From the NCBI GenBank assembly GCA_030390025.1, contig CM059429.1, positions 145,080,001-145,144,000 of the forward strand: DNA of 64,000 nucleotides. The letters run 5' to 3'. The stretch comes from Squalus acanthias. Its lineage: Eukaryota. The notes under the pieces are model-generated. The model was given only the letters and a program-made list of their open reading frames with translations, was not told the origin of the DNA and did not search any database. Positions 1 to 12,524 of this stretch are shown here, one piece after another. How positions within the stretch are numbered: the first letter of the stretch is position 1; each line of letters begins with the position of its first letter. The translations under genes were made by a program, and so were the position numbers.

Positions 1-149
1 AACTGTACTGCTGTGATTTTTGAATTGGTTGTGGTGAATTGTGGCTCGAAATCAGTGTCGTGTCCGTCCATAAAAGTTAGTATGAGCATGCTTTTATTTT
101 TATGCATTTCTCTCGTTCTGTGTTCTTTTATTTCAAAAATATTGTTACA

Positions 150-930
150 CTGGGGTAGGAACAGCAGGTGTAAGTCATTCAACCCCTGAAACCTGTTCCG
201 CTATTCTGTTAAGATCATGGCTGATCTGTACCGCAACTCCAGTTACTCTTGTTTGCTTCACATCCCTTAATATCGAGTCCAACAAAAATCTCTCGATTTC
301 AGTCTTGAAAATTTTAAATAATCCAGCATCCGCAACCTTTTGGGGAGCAAGTTCCAAATTTCCACTACCCTTTGCATGAAAAGGTGCTTTATGATTTCAC
401 TCGTAAATGGCCTAGCTCTAATTAAGATTATGCCCTCTTGTTCTGGATTCCTCCAGAAGAAATTGTTTCTTTGTATCCACCCTATTGAATCCCTTAATCT
501 TTTTAAACATCTGTATTAGATCACCCCTCAACTTTCTAAACAGAATGGACTACAAGCCAAGTTTATATAACCTGTCCTCATAATTTAACACTTTGAGCCC
601 TGGTATCCTTCTGGTGAAGCTGCACAGTACCCCCTCCAAGGCCGATATGTCTTTCCTGAGGTTCGATGCCCAAAACTGAACATAGTTTTCCAGGTGGGGT
701 CTGACCAAGGCTCTGCACAACTGAAGCATAATTTCTGAATTCCACTGCCTTTTTGATGAGGCTAAAATTCAATTAACTGTTTTGACTACTTTTTGCACCT
801 GTGCACCAGCTTTTAGTGATGTGTACATGGACCCTAAATTCCTTTGCTTCTCCACAGCTGCTAGTCTCTCATCATTAAGGAAAATATTCTGATTTGTCTT
901 TCTCTGATCCAAAATGGATGACCTCACAGT
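150..930 (-). mobile_element. CR1 LINE 3' fragment, decayed
   Basis: RT C-terminal remnants (CEVIHFG...KSEYF) and a CR1-type 3' UTR (IFKTEIERFL). Boundaries approximate. Confidence 0.75.
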
Positions 931-1393
931 TATCTACAAGGATGTAGCGCTGTAGAGTCTCAACACTTAAACCTAGTGTTGAGGTTTTATCTCTTGAACC
1001 TGATATTTCAAAAATTTTGATAAACTTTTCTCTTGCATCTCTTTTATATTCCGAACTTGCAACAAATGGAGTGAAACAGTTCCTTTTACTTGATTTAGTA
1101 TTCATGGAACCAATTTGATATTTCAGTAAGGCGCAGGCCCAAGAAACACATTAAACAGAAAGTGTAGTACAGACCACATTGACCTTTCTCTGCTATAATC
1201 AACCAAATTTAAAACTTGAAGCACAGCTGTAATGGAAGGCAGCCAGAAACCGTTTGATGGTCTTCAGTGATGTGTCGCTAATAGTCTACTGATGGATACA
1301 GAAAAATAGAGGCTAAAGTTAGACTGGCACTGCACTGATTCAGTATCTCATGATTGAAGCCTGTATTAAAATGTATACTTTTCTCCCCCACAG

Positions 1394-1621
1394 ATCCTTG
1401 AATTACTTGTTGCTTTCTGTTCAGTGAGCAGTCTCAGGAGAGTATTGTGTCATGCAATGTTTGGAACTTCCTCTGAGCAACGATTTACAGCAGCTAAGCT
1501 CAAATCGCAAGTTAAACCTTCAGAGCCAATTGTTACTCTTATCCACTGGTCAAGCCAACCACTAGCGAACCCGGAGAGGTGTTCATTGCTGGCTCTAGTT
1601 CTTCTAAAGGAGCTGTTTGAG
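1394..1621 (+). CDS. CIP2A: CIP2A coding exon (first visible; about human exon 9)
   Basis: cag| acceptor and |gtacag donor; 228 nt, phase 0-0. Encodes ILELLVAFCSVSSLRR...LLKELFE, matching remembered human VLELLLAFCSVTQLRH...LFKEIFE. Confidence 0.93.
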
Positions 1622-2579
1622 GTACAGTCTTTCAGTACACCTAAATGAATAATTGAAGGGTGAAAGAAGAGCTATTTAACTGTATTTAAGATGCCTAATG
1701 ACCAGTGAAATACCACACCTTTAGCTGTATTGGCCAGTTAGAGCAGTGTGATTTAGGCATGCACTCTGTCTAGAAGTTGTAGTTCTGCAGAATAAAGTTT
1801 AGCAATCCGACATAATGCCCCACTTCAGTACTGGACCAAACCTATACTTGCAACAACAGTTATGACAGACTAGACTAGGAAGGTTCAACAAGCATTATTT
1901 CCTAACGTTTAAAAGTAAACTGTTGGGGGAGAGGAAAGCAAGAACAAACATCCAACTTTACTTTGACATCTGGATCTCTAAATCTGCTGTAAATAAACAG
2001 TGTCTGGCTAGATAAATGAACCCATTTGACGCTAAGCTAGTGAATTATCAGTGTTGATACAGGAGGCTAGTGCTGTTGCCGTTATCATAGAATCATAGAA
2101 ATTTACGGCAGAGTTTCAAGTATGCGTGTAGTTTTGAAGGTTATCTAAGGCTGCCATTTGGAATAATAATCTCACCGTTGCCAGGCAGTAGTGTTTAAAT
2201 CTCTAAGCTCAGTGGAAAATCCAGTTCCGTACATTTGTTCTCTCCTCTCTCCCGAACTCTACTTATAGAATGTACCTATGCTCAAGTTACCTATGTTCTG
2301 TAGAGGAGAGTAATGAAAAATAAAAATCACACTTTAGTCATCCCCTTTTAAATCTGCACATGGTGTTTCCCTTTCCACTTTCCATTTTTCTGGATTATTG
2401 TATGAAATTTCTCCCTATTTCCATTGTTACCATAGCATGTCTAATGTTTGGAAAATTTCTATTAATTACATTGCATCCTGCTAGCAAGGAAAGTAAATAT
2501 GCGTGGGTTGTAGATTGACTGATATTGCTCACGTCTCCAATAGCAATCTAGTCCCAAGGGAAAAAAAGTTCAGTGCTGC

Positions 2580-2905
2580 AAGACTTGCATTTATATAACG
2601 CCTTTCACGACCTCTGGACGTCCCAAAGTGCTTTACAGCCAATGAGGTTGAAGTGCAGTCACTGTTGTAATGTAGGAAATGCAGCAGCCAATTTGTGCAC
2701 AGCAAAGTCCCACAAACAGCAATGAGATAATGACCAGATAATCTGTTTTTAGTGATGTTGGTTGAGGGATAAATATTGTCTTTGACCAAGTTTTTGGTCA
2801 CCTGTTCTAATATCTCTTTATGTGGCCTCTCCTTTTGTCTGATGACGCTCCTGTGAAACACTTTGGGACGTTTTACTACGTTAAAGGCGCTATATAAATG
2901 CAGGT
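2580..2905. mobile_element. Deu-SINE 3' part (-) abutting an L2 3' tail (+)
   Basis: The shared tail motif ...aaggcgctatataaatgcaag occurs in both orientations. Confidence 0.65.
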
Positions 2906-3544
2906 TTCTGTTCTAATTTCAATGCACCCATCCGTACCTGGGTGATCATATTGAGCATCCAATGTCATTTCTGGCAAAACAAATCCTGGTTGGCAAGAAG
3001 CTGACGGAATGGCTTCCTGCCCGATTTTCTACCTTTCCTTGCTGGAGTTAGGCCAGGGAACAGGAGTAACTCCAGAGAGAGATGAGGCCCCAATATTGTT
3101 AGTGGGTTTTGACTTGTGATCATGAAAAGAGTTGCTGGGTGCTTTTACTTTCCCCCAGATAATTTTCCAAAGAGCTCTTGCGAAATTAGTGTTAACTTGA
3201 TGAAAATAAACCTTAGAATTCCCCTGTCTGTGTTAGTCAGCATTATAGGCGTTGGATAGTCATTGTGTCTATGTGTAGGACCTCGGATAGGTCATTTCTA
3301 GTTCTTTTTGTGGCCTAAGTAATTGCTGAACTTACCTCCAGGATTGACTGTTCAAATGTAGTAGCTGGAATTGAAGTGGGGGGAAGGAAGAACAATTGGC
3401 TAAAACAAATTAGCATATGACTGTAGAGAGAGGAGATTCTGACAGAGCAGCACTGACCTGTATCACACCCCCAGTGTATATAATATCATCCAGCAAGATC
3501 CCATAACTGCTATAGACTCTGCTGCCCATATCCTAACTTGCCCC

Positions 3545-3920
3545 TAGTCCCGTTCACCCATCACCCCTGTGCTTGCTGACCTATAATGGCTCCCAGTCCA
3601 CCAACACCTCAAATTAAACATTTTCATCCTTGTATTCAAATCCCTGGATGGCCTCGCCCCCTCCCTATCTCTAGAACCAGAGGGGAGATGAGAAGAAATT
3701 GTTTTACGCAGCGAGTTGTGATTTGGAATGCAATGCCTGAAAGGTGTGGTGGAAGCAGATTCAATAGTAACATTCAATGGGGAATTGAATACTAAAAAAG
3801 GAAATAATTGCAGGGCTATGGGGAGGAACAAGAGAGTGGGACTAATTGGATAGTTCTTTCAGAGAGCTGGCACAGGCATGATGGGCCAAATGGCCTCCTG
3901 TGCGCTGTCATTCTATAATA
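3545..3920 (+). mobile_element. L2 fragment followed by a CR1 3' end
   Basis: ccatcacccctgtgcttgctgacc (L2), then MRRNCFTQRVV.IWNAMPE (CR1 3'). Confidence 0.65.
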
Positions 3921-4468
3921 TACAGTTTTTTAAAAAACCTTGCGCTGTCGGCAGCAACAGGAAAGTAAATGCCTCACTGGACAAGATGGTTGTTTATATT
4001 TTCAGCTTGCATGCTGCAATGATGAAATGAGTGCTAATGTAGTAACAAAATAATGCTGTTAAATATTGAATGACTTTATTACTGTAATAATCCTAAACTA
4101 GTAAAATAATTATTTAAATTCAATTTAATTCTAATTTCAACACTTTAGTTCTGCTCATCCTGTTGTCTTTTCCCCACTCTTATGCTTTTTATTCTTTAAC
4201 TTTTTTGACAAATTTGACTTGATGGGGAAGGGAAGATGCAACAGATGTAGTTGAACAGATGGCTTCAATCTTAGTGAGCTCCTTGCACTTGTTGGGTGGA
4301 GGGGGCAGGGGCGAGGGATTTAAGGAGACGGTTGGTAGTGGAGAAAATAAACCAGGGATTATCTCTGCATTCCAGAATGATCCTGGAATAATGAAGTTTA
4401 ATAAAATAATTTATCCCAGGCTTGGTTTTATTCTGTGACTAAACCTTATTTTCTGTAACACTGTCCAG

Positions 4469-4628
4469 GAAACAATAGACTGTACCCTTTGGACTACAGT
4501 TGAGCCATTTATGGAACTGCTTTTTCCCGTTATCTTGGAGCAGTTACAGACTCCAGACTATGCTCAAGAGGACACACTGGTGAAAAAGAAATATGATCGA
4601 ATTGCAAAGGCTCTTGATGTCCTATTAG
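4469..4628 (+). CDS. CIP2A: CIP2A coding exon ending at a U12 AT donor
   Basis: ccag| acceptor. Encodes ETIDC...VILEQLQ...KKKYDRIAKALDVLL (human TILDQLQ...RKKCERIAKAIEVLL). Followed by ATATCCTTT. Confidence 0.92.
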
Positions 4629-5203
4629 ATATCCTTTTTGATTAGATACAGCTGTCTAAAGTATAAGCAGTTAAATGAATACAAGTAGTGATGGAATTTA
4701 AAATTCTGAACTATTTCTATCCATTTGTTATATTCATTTCTGGTAATTGAAGTTTGCCCTTGTTAATTGAATTTATATTACAGTTCAAAGTGGGAAAAAT
4801 ATTTTTGCAAAATACAGCAAAACTGATGTGAATAATCTTCAGTCTGGAAACTGTCAACAGACAAACTTTTCCTCAATTCCTGATGAACAATATTCTACCT
4901 CATTCTTTCAATCCCCATATATAAGTAAATACGCTTCCACCCTATAAGTGAGGGCTGAAGAGATGTGATCATCGGCTATTTATTTGAATCTATTGAGTGC
5001 TCATATGTGCATATATAAAAATAAAAAGGTTGTTTTTATACTTCACTAATTTGTTGCTTCCTAGTTGAATGTAAAGGCTTGACTGTTGCAGACTTTTTAG
5101 ATTCCACCAATCTGGTGCCCTGTTATCTGTGAGAGACACTTGGACGGTGTTCCAGAACTCATTGTTTTTTGCCTCCTTTGTAGCAGTTGGCATGTTATGT
5201 TGT

Positions 5204-5383
5204 CAAAATTGAGAGGTCGCACAACACCAGGTTATAGTCCAACAGTTTTATTTGAAATCACAAGCTTTCGGAGCTATCGATTTTTGTGATCTTGTGATTT
5301 CAAATAAAACTGTTGGACTATAACCTGGTGTTGTGCGACCTCTCAATTTTGTCCACCCCAGTCCAACACCAGCATCTCCGCAT
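5204..5383. mobile_element. Penelope-like element remnant forming a perfect 61-bp inverted repeat
   Basis: Arms 5204-5264 and 5291-5351 are exact reverse complements. 13-bp TSD catgttatgttgt at 5191-5203 and 5384-5396. Same family as 53591-54206. Confidence 0.85.
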
Positions 5384-5439
5384 CATGTTATGTTGTGCCA
5401 TTGTGACCTCCTTTGTCTTGTAATAAGTCAAGCTTAATA

Positions 5440-5804
5440 CAGGAAACTCTCTTGTAACCGGCACCCAAATAACTGGAAATCTCTCTTAACCGGCAAAATT
5501 CTTGAGTAGGTAACCGGGGTTTTCCTTCATCTCTCCTTTAAAAATAACTTTTAAAAAAAACCCCGAGGCGTTTGCCTTGTATCGGAGCGTGTAGATTGGG
5601 AGGGGAATGTGCAGCCCGGGTAGGCAGCGGACACGACAGATGGTCAGCTGGCGGTCCCTGGGGAGACGGAGCTCCGAATGCAGGCGCATGTCAGTGTGTA
5701 CGGGGCTCTCGTACGTTGGGAGATATAACTCTCCGTTATCCGGACTTTTTGATTAACCGGCACCACGCCGGTCCCGTCGGTGCCGGTTAATAAAGAGTTT
5801 CCTG
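5440..5804. mobile_element. Tc1/mariner (pogo/Tigger-like) MITE
   Basis: 26-bp TIRs CAGGAAACTCT...TAACCGGCACC with 3 mismatches, TA TSD, internal TAACCGG repeats. Confidence 0.82.
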
Positions 5805-6111
5805 TAATGAGTTGTCCATGTCCTCGAGCTGTTCCTTCTAGCACTTCGCTAACAGCTGGTGAAGCACCTTGTATGGAGAGTAATCAAGTTTAGTTGAGGT
5901 TGAGTGACAACATAATTCCCTGGTGCTAAAACTATGGGTATAATTTGATGAATGCTAAGAATTGGCGATGTTTTTTGGGTCATTACAATTCTGTATTTTT
6001 ACCTAACTAATGGCATGAGAACGAATCTCAGGCTATTAAGATTGGAGTATGTGACGCTGATGAAGGAGGAAGTGAACAAAAGCTTTGTCCTTTTCCTTAA
6101 CTTTATTTTAC

Positions 6112-6253
6112 TGCTTTGTGGAGATGATACAATAAAGTCGCAAGTTGCTAAGGTTCTCACAGCCAGAAACTGTGTCTCAATTCTGGAATATCAGTTCACG
6201 TACAATAGGATGGAAATTGGCTACAGGAGCAATATAGCAGATGTGGAGCTATG
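6112..6253 (+). CDS. CIP2A: CIP2A coding exon after the U12 intron
   Basis: Encodes LCGDDTIKSQVAKVLT...EYQFTY...ADVEL (human LCGDDTLKMHIAKILT...EQQFTY). Donor TG|gtaag. Confidence 0.93.
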
Positions 6254-6276
6254 GTAAGTTATGGGATTGTCGTAGA

Positions 6277-7436
6277 AAGAACATAAGAACATACTTAAGA
6301 AATAGGAGCGGGAGTAGGCCATTCGGCCCCTCGAGCCTGCTCCGCCATTCAATAAGATCATGGCTGATCTTCTGCCTCAACTCCATTTTTCCCGCCCGAT
6401 CTCCATATCCCTTGATTCCCTTAATATCCAAAAATCTATCGATCTCAGCCTTGACTCTACTTAATGACTGAGCCTCCACCACCCTCTGAGTGAAGAAATT
6501 TCTCCTCCATATTCTGAGACTGTAACCCCTGGTTCTAGACTCCCCAGCCAGGTGAAACATCCTCCCTGCATCTACCCTGTCAAGCCCTGTAAGAATTTTG
6601 TATGTTTCAATGAGATCACCTCTCATTCTTCTAAACTCCAGAGACTACAGGCCTAGTCTACTCAATCTCTCCTCGTAGGACAATCCCCCATCCCAGGAAT
6701 CAGTCTGGTGAACCTTCGTTGCACACCCTCTATGGCAAGTATCTCCTTCCTTAGGTAAGGAGACCAAAACTGTACGCAATACTCCAGGTGTGGTCTCACC
6801 AGGGTCCTATAAAATTGAAGTCTTTACTCTTGTACTCAAATCCTCTTGTAGTAAAGGCCAACATACAATTTGCGTTCCTAATTGCTTGCTGTACCTGCAT
6901 GTTAACTTTCAGTGAGTCGTGTACAAGGACACCCAGGTCCCTCTGAACACCAACATTTCCCAATCTCTCACCATTTAAAAAATACTCTGCTTTTCTATTT
7001 TTCGTACCAAAGTGGATAACTTCACATTTCTCCACATTATATTCTATTTGCCATGTTCTTGCCCAAACACTTAGCCTGTCTATATCCCCTTGAAGCCTCT
7101 TTGCATCCTCCTCACAACTTACATTCCCACCCAGCTTTGTATCATCAGCAAACTTGGATATATTACATTTGGTCCCCTCATCCAAATCATTGATATAGAT
7201 TGTGAATAGCTGAAGCCCAAGCACTGATCCTTGCGGTACCCCACCAGTTACAGCCTGCCAACCCGAAAATGACCCGCTTATTTCCACACTCTTTTCTGTC
7301 CGTCAACCAATCCTCAATCCATGCTAGTATATTACCCCCATCCCATGAGCCCTAATTTTGTTTAATAACCTCTTATGCGGCACCTTATCGAATGCCTTCT
7401 GAAAATCCAAATATACCACAATCTACTGGTTCCCCC
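6277..7436 (-). mobile_element. CR1 LINE RT and 3' end
   Basis: [20 protein letters not shown] and RGDLIETYKIL motifs. Confidence 0.9.
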
Positions 7437-8300
7437 TTTGACACGGTTGACCACTCCATCCTTCTCCAACGCCTCTCCACCGTGGGTGGGACTGCACTCT
7501 CCTGGTTCCATTCTTATCTATCTAATCGTAGCCAGAGAATCACCTGCAACAGCTTCTCTTCCTGCTCCCGCATCGTTACCTCTGGTGTCCCCCAAGGATC
7601 TATTCTTGGCCCCCTCCTATTTCTCATCTACATGTTGCCCCTTGGCGACATCATCCGAAAACACAGCATCAGTTTCCACATGTACGCTGACGACACCCAG
7701 CACTACCTCTTCTCTCAACCCCTCCACGGTCTTTAAATTGTCCGACATACATTTCTGGATGAGCAAAAATGTTCTCAAATTAAATATTGGGAAGAACGAA
7801 GTCATTGTTTTCGGTCCCTGCCACAAACTCCGTTGCCTGGCTACTGACTCCATCTTTCTCCCTAACATCTGTCTGAGGCTGAACCACAATGTTCGCATCC
7901 TTGGTGTCATATTTGACCCTGAAATGAGCTTCCGACCACACATCCGCAGCATAACCAAGACCGCCTACTTCCACCTCCGTAACATCGCCCGTCTCCGCCC
8001 TTGCCTCATCTGCTGCTGAAACCCTTATCCATGCCTTTGTTACCTCTAGACTTGACTATTCCAACACACTCCTGGCTGGCCTCCCACATTCCACCCTACG
8101 TAAACTTGAGGTCATCCAAAACTCGGCTGCCTGTGTCCTAACTCGCACCAAGTCTTGTTCACCCATCTCCCCTGTGCTCGCTGACCTACATTGGCTCCCG
8201 GTTAAGCAGTGCCTCAATTTAAAAATTCTCATCCTTGTTTTCAAATCGCTCCATGGCCTCGCCCCTTCCTATCTCTGTAAGCTCCTTCAGTCCCACAAAC
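7437..8300 (+). mobile_element. L2-clade LINE RT fragment
   Basis: TVDHSILLQRL, SGVPQGSILGPLLF, MYADDTQ and KTAYFHLRNIARLRP motifs; frameshifted. Confidence 0.85.
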
Positions 8301-9280
8301 TTTTCCTGCGGGGTTTTTGTGCCTTTTAAAGGAATGTATATTTGTGTTAATTATGCATTAATTCTTTAAATGCTAGCCATTGCTTGTCTACCATCATACC
8401 TTTTAATGTAGTTTCCCAATCTACCTTCGCCAACTCACCCCTCACACCTATGTAGTTTACTTTGTTTAGATTTAAGACCCTAGTTTCGGATTTAACTAAA
8501 TCACTTTCGAACTTAATATAAAATTCTATCGTATTATGGTCACTCTTCCCTAAAGACCCCTTTACTGCAAGGTTATTAATTAACCCTTTCTCATTGCACA
8601 ATACTAGATCTAAAATAGCCTGTTCTCTAGTTGGTTCCTCAACATACTGATCTAGAAAACTATCTTTTATACATTCCATGAATTTGTCCTCCACACTATT
8701 GCTGCAAATTTGGTTTGCCCAGTCTATATGTAGATTAAAGTCCCCCATGATTACTGTATTACCCTTGGTACATGCCCCTCTAATTTCCTGATTTATACAA
8801 TGCCCTGCATTACAACTACTGTTTGGGGGGGGGCCTATAAACAACTCCCACCAATGTTTTCTGCCCCTTGCTGTTTCTTAGCTCCACCCAAACTGATTCT
8901 ACTTCTTGATTTTCAAAGTTAACATCATATCTCTCTACTGTCTTTATCCCATTCTTTATTATCAGGGCTACCCCTCCTTTTCCTTTTTGCCTATCTCTTC
9001 TAAAAGTTAAGTATCCTGGAATATTTAGTTCACAACCTTGGTCGCTTTGCAACCACGTCGCCGTAATGGCTATTAGATCAAACCTATTAATTTCTATCTG
9101 AGCTATTCATCTATTTTGTTGCGAATGCTTCGCGCATTCAGATATACTGTCTTTAGCTTTGACTTTTTTCTGTTTTTCCCCTGATGTCACCTTAGTCACT
9201 GCCTTATTACCTTTGTTACTCTCTAACCCTTCCTGACCCACTCTGCTTATTTTTACCCAAAACTCTGCTCTGCTCTAGAG
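8300..9280 (-). mobile_element. CR1 LINE endonuclease region (probably the same element as 6277-7436)
   Basis: APE motifs GVVYRPP, MGDFN, LDLVLCN, SDHN. Confidence 0.85.
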
Positions 9281-9689
9281 CCATGCAAGGTTAAAGAAAA
9301 ATCGAGCAAAATTTTAAAAATATGAAATAGCGATAATTCTTTTGAATAAATACTTGACTTGAGGAAAAAGTTCTTTAATGGCCTAATGCTGAGATATTTG
9401 TTCACCACTTTAAAGAGAAATTGTTTTGGACAGTCTATCTGATGTACAGTGGCTATGGGTTCATGTCATAATTGATCAGAGCTTCACCAACTGGCGCTAA
9501 TTGAGCAAATTTTCAGAAGAGTGGTTGGAGTGAAGCCTAATGATCACAGGAGTGCTTGATACTGCTACAAAGTGGAAAGATAATCCATTTCCTACACTGC
9601 TGTCCATGCCTCCTTTATCAGTCCAAAAACACCACCACTAAGTGGAAATGATATGTTTGTAAATGGAAGAGAGTGTAGTGGTTAAATGC

Positions 9690-10622
9690 ATTAAATTTAA
9701 AATCCTCATCCCCACGGCCTTGCCTCATGGCTTTACCACACCCTATCTTCACAAACTTTTCCAGCCCTAATATTTCTCATTAACACTCTGTTCCACTTGC
9801 TCTGGCTTCTTGAACATCCCCTCCTACCCAGAAATCCACAGAAACCACCTCATCATCGATGGCCTTCAGCTACCTGGCTCCTAATGTTTAGAATTCCCTG
9901 CCTAAACCTCTTCCGTCCTCACTCCTTAAAAGCCTCTTCAAAACCATGTCTTCAGCCAAGCTTTTGGTCTCTACTTTTCAAGATAGAGATCGATAGATTT
10001 TTGAATATTAAGGGAATCAAGGGATATGGGGATAGTGCAGAAAGTGGAGATGAGGTAGAAGATCAGCCATGATCTTATTGAATGGCGGAGCAGGCTCGAA
10101 GGGCCAAATGGCCTACTCCTGCTCCTATTTCTTATATTCTTTACCTTTGGTTCTCTGGCTCGTCATCCTTTTTCCCTGAGCTTATTCTATGAAGCACCTT
10201 TGGGATACTTTTTACATATAACTGCTATATAAATGTTCTCCTTGGAGCAGAGAAGGTTAAGAGGAGAGTTAAGAGATGTTCAAAATCAGGAATGGTTTTG
10301 ATAGCGTAAAGAAGGAGAAACTGTTTCCAGTGGCAGAAGGCTTGGTGACCAGAGGACACAGATTTAAGGTGATTGGCAAAAGAACTAGAGGCAAATGCAG
10401 AAACATATTTTTACACAGCGAGTTGTTATCTGGAATGCACTGCCTGAAAAGGTGGTAGAAGCAGATTCAATAGTAACATTCAAAAGAGCATTGGATATAT
10501 ACTTGATGGGGAAAAATTTACAGGGCTATGGGAAAAGAGCAGGGGAGTCAGATTAATTGGAAAGCTCTACCAATGATCAGACACGATGGGCCGAATGGCC
10601 TCCTGTGCTGTATTATTCTATG
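9690..10622 (+). mobile_element. Cluster of L2 3' and CR1 3' fragments
   Basis: FKIEIDRFLNIKGIKGYG and KEKLFPVAEGLVTRGHRFK remnants, plus an L2 tail. Confidence 0.7.
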
Positions 10623-11019
10623 AAATGGAAGTTGTTAGATAATTGTAAGTTCTAAAAATAAATTGCTAGAACTGTTAAACTTATTCTTATGTTATCTGCT
10701 CATATCCCTGATGCTTCTGTGGTAAGAGGGTTGTTCAATGTGCATACTTTCTTTTAAGCTGCTAGCACATCGAGATGTGAACTGTTGCTGACGAGTTTCA
10801 GTTTTTTTTATTAATGGGTAGAGGAATTGCATTTGTGAAACTCAAATTTCTAAATTCTTTCTAAATTGCTTCATGGAGTGCTGATATGCTTATCGGGGAG
10901 AGTATATGGAAGTTAATAGTTTGAGGCCAAATTACAGTAAGTATTCAGAGTCTAAATTTAGCTTGTAATTGACATCTTTCTAAACTTGTGTTTTTTCTCC
11001 TCATGCTGCACGTTGACAG

Positions 11020-11119
11020 TAAAGTAGGTGTAGATGTTGTCTTGAAGACTCTTAGCCTTATGAACAGAGTCAAACAGTTGGTGCCGAACATGGAAGCAAG
11101 TTTTTATAAGATTTTGCAG
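11020..11119 (+). CDS. CIP2A: CIP2A coding exon
   Basis: acag| and |gtaaaa. Encodes KVGVDVVLKTLSLMNRVKQLVPNMEASFYKILQ. Phases fit both neighbours. Confidence 0.93.
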
Positions 11120-11277
11120 GTAAAACTTACGACTGGGTTTAAAACCAACTTTTTTGAGATGTCTTTTTCCTACTATATTAACCAAACTAGAAATGAAAAT
11201 AAGGTATTGCTTTTAACGTGTTGGTTCTTGAGCTGTGCAGAAAAATGTTGAGATTAGGTAGCAGGGGGAAAGACATT

Positions 11278-11733
11278 GGCCCGGATTTTGTGGTCAGCGG
11301 CGAATGAACGGTGCTAGCGCGCTGTCCTCTACAGAGGATCTGCGACCTGTGTGAACAGGGAAAGCAACAGTGCATCTCCTTAACCAGTCAGCACTTGAGT
11401 CTAAACTAGGAAGTGTAAGTTATAATATTAAATTCAAAGTAAAATCATGTACCTGAAGTGAAATAAAGAGAGGGAAAGCAAGATGGGATTAAGAGACAGA
11501 GATAAAAGACAGCAAGAAAAAGTTGTTTAAAAACTTGAATTTTAAGTTTTTAAATTTTTTTTTAAATCACCAAAAATAATTAAAATCTGTAGGAATAAGA
11601 CTCCACACTTGTAAAAGTAAATATTCAGTGCCAGAGAGGTTGTTTGGCAGTAATTAAGACTTACCTCGCTGTGAAAAATTCACTTACACTTGAATGGACA
11701 AGCCCCAACTCTTTCTGGCATGTTTAGTGGGTA
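11278..11733. mobile_element. Harbinger-type MITE, truncated by a CR1 insertion
   Basis: Left end GGCCCGGATTTTG and internal blocks are shared with the complete copy at 25739-26501. Confidence 0.7.
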
Positions 11734-12190
11734 TAAGAACATAAGAAATAGGAGCAGGAGTAGCCCTACGGCCCTATGAGCCTGCTCAGCCATTCAATAG
11801 GATCATGGCTGAACTTCTACATCAACTCCACTTTCCCGCCCTATCCCCATATCCCTTGATTCCCCTTAGTGCCCAAAAATCTATCGATCTGTCTTGAATA
11901 TACTCACTGACTGAGCATCCATAGCCCTCTGGGGTAGAAAATTCCAAAGATTCACAACCCTCTGAGTGAAGAAATTTCTCCTCATCTCAGTCCTAAATGG
12001 CTGACCCCTTATCCTGAGACTATGACCCCTAGTTCTAGACTCTCCAGCCAGAGGAAACAGCCTCTACCCTGTCAAACCCTCTAAGAATTTTATATGTTGC
12101 AATGAGATCATCTCATCTAAACTCTAGAGAATATAGACCCATTCTACTTGATCTGTCCTCATAGGACAGCCCTCTCATCCTAGGAACCTG
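11734..12190 (-). mobile_element. CR1 LINE 3' end
   Basis: Starts aagaacataagaaataggagcaggag, the reverse complement of the CR1 tail. Confidence 0.85.
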
Positions 12191-12405
12191 CTGTGGTAGC
12201 CTATTCCACATGCTGATCACCTTTTATAAAGAAATTCTGTATAAATTGTCTATTATGTTTAGTTTTCATTATCTTGTATTTCTGCCATCTCCTTCTCTGG
12301 CTTCCTTCAGGAGGGAAAGGAGAAAATTAAAAATTATACACCCAAATTTATGTTACAAAGCACTGGCTTTATTGCTTTTTACAGTTTTTTAATGTTTTCC
12401 CCTAG

Positions 12406-12524
12406 GACCAACGACTCACTTCACCTTTGTCATTTGCTTTGACATCCGAACACAGAGAGCATGTACAGTTTGCATTAAAGATTCTGTTTGAGGCGGCACC
12501 TTTGCCTGATTTTCCTGCTATAAT
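12406..12524 (+). CDS. CIP2A: CIP2A coding exon
   Basis: ctag| and |gtaagt. Encodes [21 protein letters not shown]...[11 protein letters not shown]. Confidence 0.95.

Larger units (their letters stand above)
4629..6111 (+). other. AT-AC minor-spliceosome (U12-type) intron of CIP2A
   Basis: 5' site ATATCCTTT at 4629, branch point TTCCTTAAC at 6093-6101, terminal AC at 6110-6111. Splicing restores frame (VLL-V-LCGDDTIK). Confidence 0.93.

Noticed and set aside
78-175. ag|TATGAGCAT (YEH...) resembling the start of the preceding CIP2A exon
   Set aside because: The rest of the frame does not match CIP2A and runs into a CR1 tail; the true exon is probably upstream of the window.
5952-6111. N-terminal part of the 101-aa ORF at 5952
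   Set aside because: It is intronic read-through across the U12 branch site; only 6112-6253 matches CIP2A.
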